Part shown: piece after piece, positions 57,317 to 64,000 of the stretch
Numbering within the stretch: position 1 is the stretch's first letter
Layout: every line of letters begins with the position of its first letter
Virus record (IMG/VR): IMGVR_UViG_3300045391_006539
Direction: 5' to 3' (one strand)
Length of the DNA: 64,000 bases
Source: a virus
Taxonomy: Duplodnaviria > Caudoviricetes
Position numbers and translations under genes: made by a program
The notes under the pieces: generated by a model
Told to the model about the DNA's origin: nothing
The model's database searches: none
The model's input: the letters and a program-made list of their open reading frames with translations, nothing else

Positions 57317-57748
57317 ATGAGCCGCGAGGACGCGGTCGAGATAGTCCTCTCCAAGCCGCTCTACTCGACATGTCCGTACTGTGAGCGAGGGCGCTATCGA
57401 GGTGCCATTCGTAATCCGATGGAGTGCGTCACGTGCAATGGCTGGGCGCTCGTTCCCAACCCCGAATACGTCAACGCCTGCAAAGTGCTCGGCAAAGAGC
57501 CACCTCCTCCCATGCAGATGTCGAGGCGGATGTACAAGAACATCTCCTTCGGACAGGCTTACGGCATGAGTGCCAGTCGTATGAGTTCACCCCAGCCCAA
57601 CCTACAGAACCCCCACTCATCCAGGGTTGATTGGGTCAAGGTCATGATGAGCCTTCCTGCACCGACCGTAGCGAGCTACTCTGAAACGGATGCCACGCTC
57701 ACGGCCTCCGCCATTACCGGCTTCCTATCCAACACTGCAAAGCGTTGA
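57317..57748 (+). CDS. Zn-finger array paralog 3 (frame open upstream to 57005)
   Basis: MSREDAVEIVL..CPYC..CVTCNG..YVNACKVLGKEP; Pol A-like tail. Confidence 0.75.
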   Translation: MSREDAVEIVLSKPLYSTCPYCERGRYRGAIRNPMECVTCNGWALVPNPEYVNACKVLGKEPPPPMQMSRRMYKNISFGQAYGMSASRMSSPQPNLQNPHSSRVDWVKVMMSLPAPTVASYSETDATLTASAITGFLSNTAKR

Positions 57749-57992
57749 AGAAACAGTCGAAGCCATCGAGTATGTGAAGTGCGAGACCTGCCACGGGTCT
57801 AGGCGCATAACGCGGGGAGTAGCCTGCGAAAACTGTGATGGGTGGGGGTATCACGTCTACCCCACCGAGTCTGCGGAGCGCTTCGCACTGAACCTGCGAG
57901 CGCTCCTCAGCACATCCGTTCTGTATCTATCTAGCCCCACAAGGCGTTTACGTCTACCCTCGAGGTCTCCCTGGAGGCTGCGTGGAACGTGA
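57690..57992 (+). CDS. Zn-finger array paralog 4 (divergent)
   Basis: EETVEAI..CETCHGS..CENCDGWG. Confidence 0.55.
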   Translation: MPRSRPPPLPASYPTLQSVEETVEAIEYVKCETCHGSRRITRGVACENCDGWGYHVYPTESAERFALNLRALLSTSVLYLSSPTRRLRLPSRSPWRLRGT

Positions 57993-58383
57993 AGAGGCTG
58001 TCGAGATAGTTCTGAAAGAGCCCGCTTGGCTCTCATGTGACGAGTGTGATGGTGATGGGATGCTCATCTCCACGCGTGAATCCTGCGAGTACTGTGAAGA
58101 TGGGTTCGTCTACAACCCCGATTTCCAGCTCGCATGCGACGTACTCGGGCGGGCCATGCCACCCAGACCCGTTCGCTCGTTGCTGGGACCAACAGGTCCC
58201 ATAGGCCCAACCGGTCCGAGTGGACCACCAGGCATATCCGTCAACTTTCAGGCCTGGAACGAGATACTCACAGCAGAACAAATAAAGGCGGTCTATGACA
58301 ACGACTTCATCGCGCGAATCGTGGATGCAGAACCTGGACCTCTTGGACCCACCGGCGGCTGTGGAGAGGATTCTCCAGGGTAA
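57982..58383 (+). CDS. Zn-finger array paralog 5
   Basis: EREEAVEIVL..CDECDGDG..CEYC..FQLACDVLGRAMP. Confidence 0.75.
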   Translation: MEREEAVEIVLKEPAWLSCDECDGDGMLISTRESCEYCEDGFVYNPDFQLACDVLGRAMPPRPVRSLLGPTGPIGPTGPSGPPGISVNFQAWNEILTAEQIKAVYDNDFIARIVDAEPGPLGPTGGCGEDSPG

Positions 58384-58762
58384 TGCATGGACCAAGTGCC
58401 ATGCCTGTTCTGCAGGCAACGTCATCACCATCGACGAAGATATGGTTCCCGAGTTCGAACCCTGCAAAGAGTGTAAGGGCTCGGGTTTGATACTCGACGA
58501 GAGCTACGCCCAAGCCTGCATGACGCTTGGCAAGCCCATCCCTGAAGAACCACACACCTCTTGGAACTCGGCCTTCGACCTCAGTGCCGAGGCTGCTAGT
58601 GCAGTGATAGCTACGTGGTACAAGGCCCAGTCGGGTGTGCTGGATGCAACCGTGAGTGCAGACCCAGCCAACCCTACGATGGCCAACGTCGAGCTCGTGC
58701 TCGAACAGCCGCTGAAGTACATCTCGTGTAATTTCTTCATCAAGGACCCCGATGGAGCGTGA
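58325..58762 (+). CDS. Zn-finger array paralog 6
   Basis: AAVERILQGNAWTKCHAC..CKECKGSG..YAQACMTLGKP. Confidence 0.75.
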   Translation: MQNLDLLDPPAAVERILQGNAWTKCHACSAGNVITIDEDMVPEFEPCKECKGSGLILDESYAQACMTLGKPIPEEPHTSWNSAFDLSAEAASAVIATWYKAQSGVLDATVSADPANPTMANVELVLEQPLKYISCNFFIKDPDGA

Positions 58763-59051
58763 GCAGGCTGTCGAGGTCATCCTTCAGGGCCAGGCTTGGG
58801 ACCCGTGCCGCAGGTGCAAGGGTCTAGCCAAGAATGGCATGTTTGCCTGCAAGCCCTGTCACGAGACGGGTTATACCAAGAACGATGAATATCGAGAGGC
58901 ATGCGTCGTCATCGGTAAGGAGGACTATCCCGAGATACCCATGACTGCCGGAGAGAAGATTGCTATTGCTCTCGGCAAGGGCATTCTCGAAGAAATGCGG
59001 CGCCCGAGCCTGGCACTTACGGCACTCCCACCGAAGATTGTGGACGAATGA
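58752..59051 (+). CDS. Zn-finger array paralog 7
   Basis: MEREQAVEVILQGQAWDPCRRC..CKPC..YREACVVIGK. Confidence 0.75.
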   Translation: MEREQAVEVILQGQAWDPCRRCKGLAKNGMFACKPCHETGYTKNDEYREACVVIGKEDYPEIPMTAGEKIAIALGKGILEEMRRPSLALTALPPKIVDE

Positions 59052-59257
59052 AGATAAACCTCATCAATGTGGCCACACTCCTCGTGCTTTGCCTCGCCTC
59101 GCTCGGGGTGGGGTGGCTGCTCGAACTGGTGGCCAGTTCGACGACAGACGACTGCGTAATAGTCATCTCCATCGTCACGGCACTCGCGCTCTTCTCACTC
59201 ATCAGCGCCCTTTTCATTCAAACCATGCAGCGATGGAAGAACAGAGACCCTCGATGA
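59048..59257 (+). CDS. Small 2-TM membrane protein inside the array
   Basis: Two hydrophobic helices. Confidence 0.55.
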   Translation: MKINLINVATLLVLCLASLGVGWLLELVASSTTDDCVIVISIVTALALFSLISALFIQTMQRWKNRDPR

Positions 59258-59454
59258 GCGGACTGAACTGGCCCGATGACTTCCTCGATTGCATCAGCTA
59301 CGGACCTTCCGAGGGTGAGGAAGGCTACATTGGGGACTACTTCCAACCTCTCGAATACCCTTGCAACTGTTCGACCTGCACACGCGAGTGGCGAGAGGCG
59401 ATGGGACTAATCGATGAAGACGACTCCGGCGATGAGCCTGGAGCAAGCGGCTGA
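59254..59454 (+). CDS. Small Cys-containing protein inside the array
   Basis: MSGLNWPDDFLDC..PCNCSTC. Confidence 0.5.
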   Translation: MSGLNWPDDFLDCISYGPSEGEEGYIGDYFQPLEYPCNCSTCTREWREAMGLIDEDDSGDEPGASG

Positions 59455-59740
59455 GGCCATCCTTCAGGGTAACCCTTGGCTCGAATGCTCCATCTGCCAT
59501 GACGGCAGCCAATCGCGCTGGTTTGGTGTACGAGGCGAGGACCTCAAGTGCCCCGCCTGTGCGGGAACTGGCTATTGTCCACGCAAGGAGTACGCAGAAG
59601 CATGTCGGACCCTCAATCGCGAGATGCCTCCTCGTCCAGTCACGAGGAGCGGCAAGAAGACCCTGACCGCGCGCGAGAACAAGATGACACTGCGTGGCCT
59701 CTTCAAGCGACTACCGAGAACCCGTGGCCCGAAGACATGA
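59414..59740 (+). CDS. Zn-finger array paralog 8
   Basis: MSLEQAAEAILQGNPWLECSIC..CPACAGTG..YAEACRTLN. Confidence 0.75.
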   Translation: MKTTPAMSLEQAAEAILQGNPWLECSICHDGSQSRWFGVRGEDLKCPACAGTGYCPRKEYAEACRTLNREMPPRPVTRSGKKTLTARENKMTLRGLFKRLPRTRGPKT

Positions 59741-60009
59741 CCCGAGAGGAGGCCGTGGAGGTCATCCTCAAGGGCCATCCTTGGTGCGCGTGCTGGCTTT
59801 GTCTCGGCAGCGGTCGGGGCACTGACGGCAAGATACACACGTGCACGCTCTGTAAGGGCGAGAAGAGCATCGTGCGCGCGCCCTACGCCAAGGCGTGTGA
59901 GCTCCTTGGCAGACCACTGCCCAAACTGCCACCCAAGACCATCGGCTTCGAGGTCAGCGAGGAGCTGGTCATCTCCATTTTCCACCCTAGAGCCATACCC
60001 AAGCTCTGA
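59737..60009 (+). CDS. Zn-finger array paralog 9
   Basis: MTREEAVEVILKGHPWCACWLCLGSG..CTLCKG..YAKACELLGRP. Confidence 0.75.
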   Translation: MTREEAVEVILKGHPWCACWLCLGSGRGTDGKIHTCTLCKGEKSIVRAPYAKACELLGRPLPKLPPKTIGFEVSEELVISIFHPRAIPKL

Positions 60010-60018
60010 AAGCAACTG

Positions 60019-60219
60019 ATGACACCTGAAGAAGCCGTAGAAATCATTTTGCTCGGGGAGGCCTGGTTGTTCTGTGAAGCATGTGGCGGATGCGCCTTGC
60101 CACTTTGTGCTCGATGTAGGGACTATGGTGGCGCCATCCTCGTACCCTCCTATGCTGAAGCATGTCGCGTTTTGAACAAAGCACTCCCCATCCATCGGTA
60201 TGACCATGGCCCTGACTAA
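60019..60219 (+). CDS. Zn-finger array paralog 10 (almost no tail)
   Basis: MTPEEAVEIILLGEAWLFCEAC..CARC..YAEACRVLNK. Confidence 0.75.
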   Translation: MTPEEAVEIILLGEAWLFCEACGGCALPLCARCRDYGGAILVPSYAEACRVLNKALPIHRYDHGPD

Positions 60220-60940
60220 GGAAGAGGCAGTAGAGGTCATCCTCCAAGGGAAGGCATGGCTCAAGTGCCCAGCCTGCGACGAGGATGGTCTACCCCACCC
60301 CGAGCCCAAGACCGTGAATGGCATCGCGGGCAGCGTCCTTACCATGCGGCGGTGTTCGCTCTGTGAGTACGGCTATACCCTCCGCCCCGAGTACCGGCAG
60401 GCGTGTGAGGCTCTCGGTAGACCCATACCCCAACGAGACAACCCCTTCTCCTTCGAGCTCCCAACCACACCAGGCAGGACCCTTCAGGCGGGAGAGGCGG
60501 TGCAGATGGTCTATCTCAACGGGCGCTGGGTCGCCATGGCAGCCGGCGGCGCTGGAGGTGGAGAAGTCCCAGACTCACTGAAGAAGCACCTCCCGTCCCA
60601 TCCCCATCAGGGCGACTACACGACTGTCGTCACGGCTCCTCCAGGACAGGGAGGGTCAGGCCCGAGCGTGCAGGTCATGATGCCCCGGGGTGAGTTCGCG
60701 GTGCAGATAGACGAGCGCATCGAGACCCTGCGCTTCGACCCGCGAGGCACGGTCACCATCACGGGCTTCCAAGCGCCCGTAGACCCCAACGCGCCGGTGC
60801 TACCGTCGGTCCATCTGGTGAAGACCGGAGGAGGCGAATTAGTCCTGGGTCGAGAAACGCGTGATGAACCCTCGGATGACCACCTCATGTCCCAGTCACT
60901 ACCCTCGTGGGCACTGACTCACGAGGACCCGGAGAAGTAG
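60200..60940 (+). CDS. Zn-finger array paralog 11 (long tail)
   Basis: TKEEAVEVILQGKAWLKCPAC..CSLC..YRQACEALGRPIP. Confidence 0.75.
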   Translation: MTMALTKEEAVEVILQGKAWLKCPACDEDGLPHPEPKTVNGIAGSVLTMRRCSLCEYGYTLRPEYRQACEALGRPIPQRDNPFSFELPTTPGRTLQAGEAVQMVYLNGRWVAMAAGGAGGGEVPDSLKKHLPSHPHQGDYTTVVTAPPGQGGSGPSVQVMMPRGEFAVQIDERIETLRFDPRGTVTITGFQAPVDPNAPVLPSVHLVKTGGGELVLGRETRDEPSDDHLMSQSLPSWALTHEDPEK

Positions 60941-60987
60941 AGTCGAAGACCTCGTGTTCTATGCTCGTTCATCGAGAAACGAGCTGA

Positions 60988-64000
<3,013 letters not shown>

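Noticed and set aside
57005-57748. A real or split DNA polymerase gene
   Set aside because: The motifs are short, out of order and lack the intervening domains.
56740-59740. Weak motif echoes in the tails of paralogs 1, 4 and 8 (EYQREEFERW, LYLSSPT, TRSGKKT)
   Set aside because: Too short to distinguish from chance by eye; not counted as evidence.
56554-60940. Array as a DGR, CRISPR array or integron
   Set aside because: No reverse transcriptase, TR/VR pair, cas gene, identical direct repeat, integrase or attC-like site was seen; the repeats are degenerate and protein-coding.
56554-60940. Paralogs as DnaJ chaperones
   Set aside because: Only a CxxCxGxG-like Zn pair is shared; there is no J-domain (HPD) or substrate-binding domain.

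Overview
A 64-kb segment of a large, GC-rich, contractile-tailed (myovirus-like, probably jumbo) bacteriophage genome, with genes mostly on the + strand. Structural genes include neck/tail-completion proteins, a 1024-aa tail sheath, tail tube, a tail-chaperone-like gene with a classic -1 slippery site, a tape measure protein, baseplate-type proteins and a collagen-like fibre that runs off the right end. Metabolic and regulatory genes include a dNMP kinase, GroES, a GNAT, an SNF2 helicase, a group-3 sigma factor, ThyX, RNase HII, an NT5C nucleotidase and an ATP-dependent DNA ligase. No capsid, portal, terminase, DNA polymerase, integrase, tRNA or CRISPR array was recognised. The top candidate for an undescribed system lies at 56.4-60.9 kb: a tandem array of about 11 paralogous CxxC...CxxC zinc-finger scaffold genes. 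Their unrelated tails look like patchworks of short conserved motifs from essential phage proteins (Pol A motifs, helicase, portal, sheath, capsid, fibre), suggesting a motif-display or decoy library. Also found: a 9-copy promoter-like motif (CAAnnn-N13-GG[GCA]ATAA) possibly read by the phage sigma factor; TANNNT boxes implying leaderless mRNAs; a recurrent K-x-A motif in putative head-packaged proteins; and a candidate +1 frameshift. All family assignments come from recognising motifs by eye; no database searches were run.
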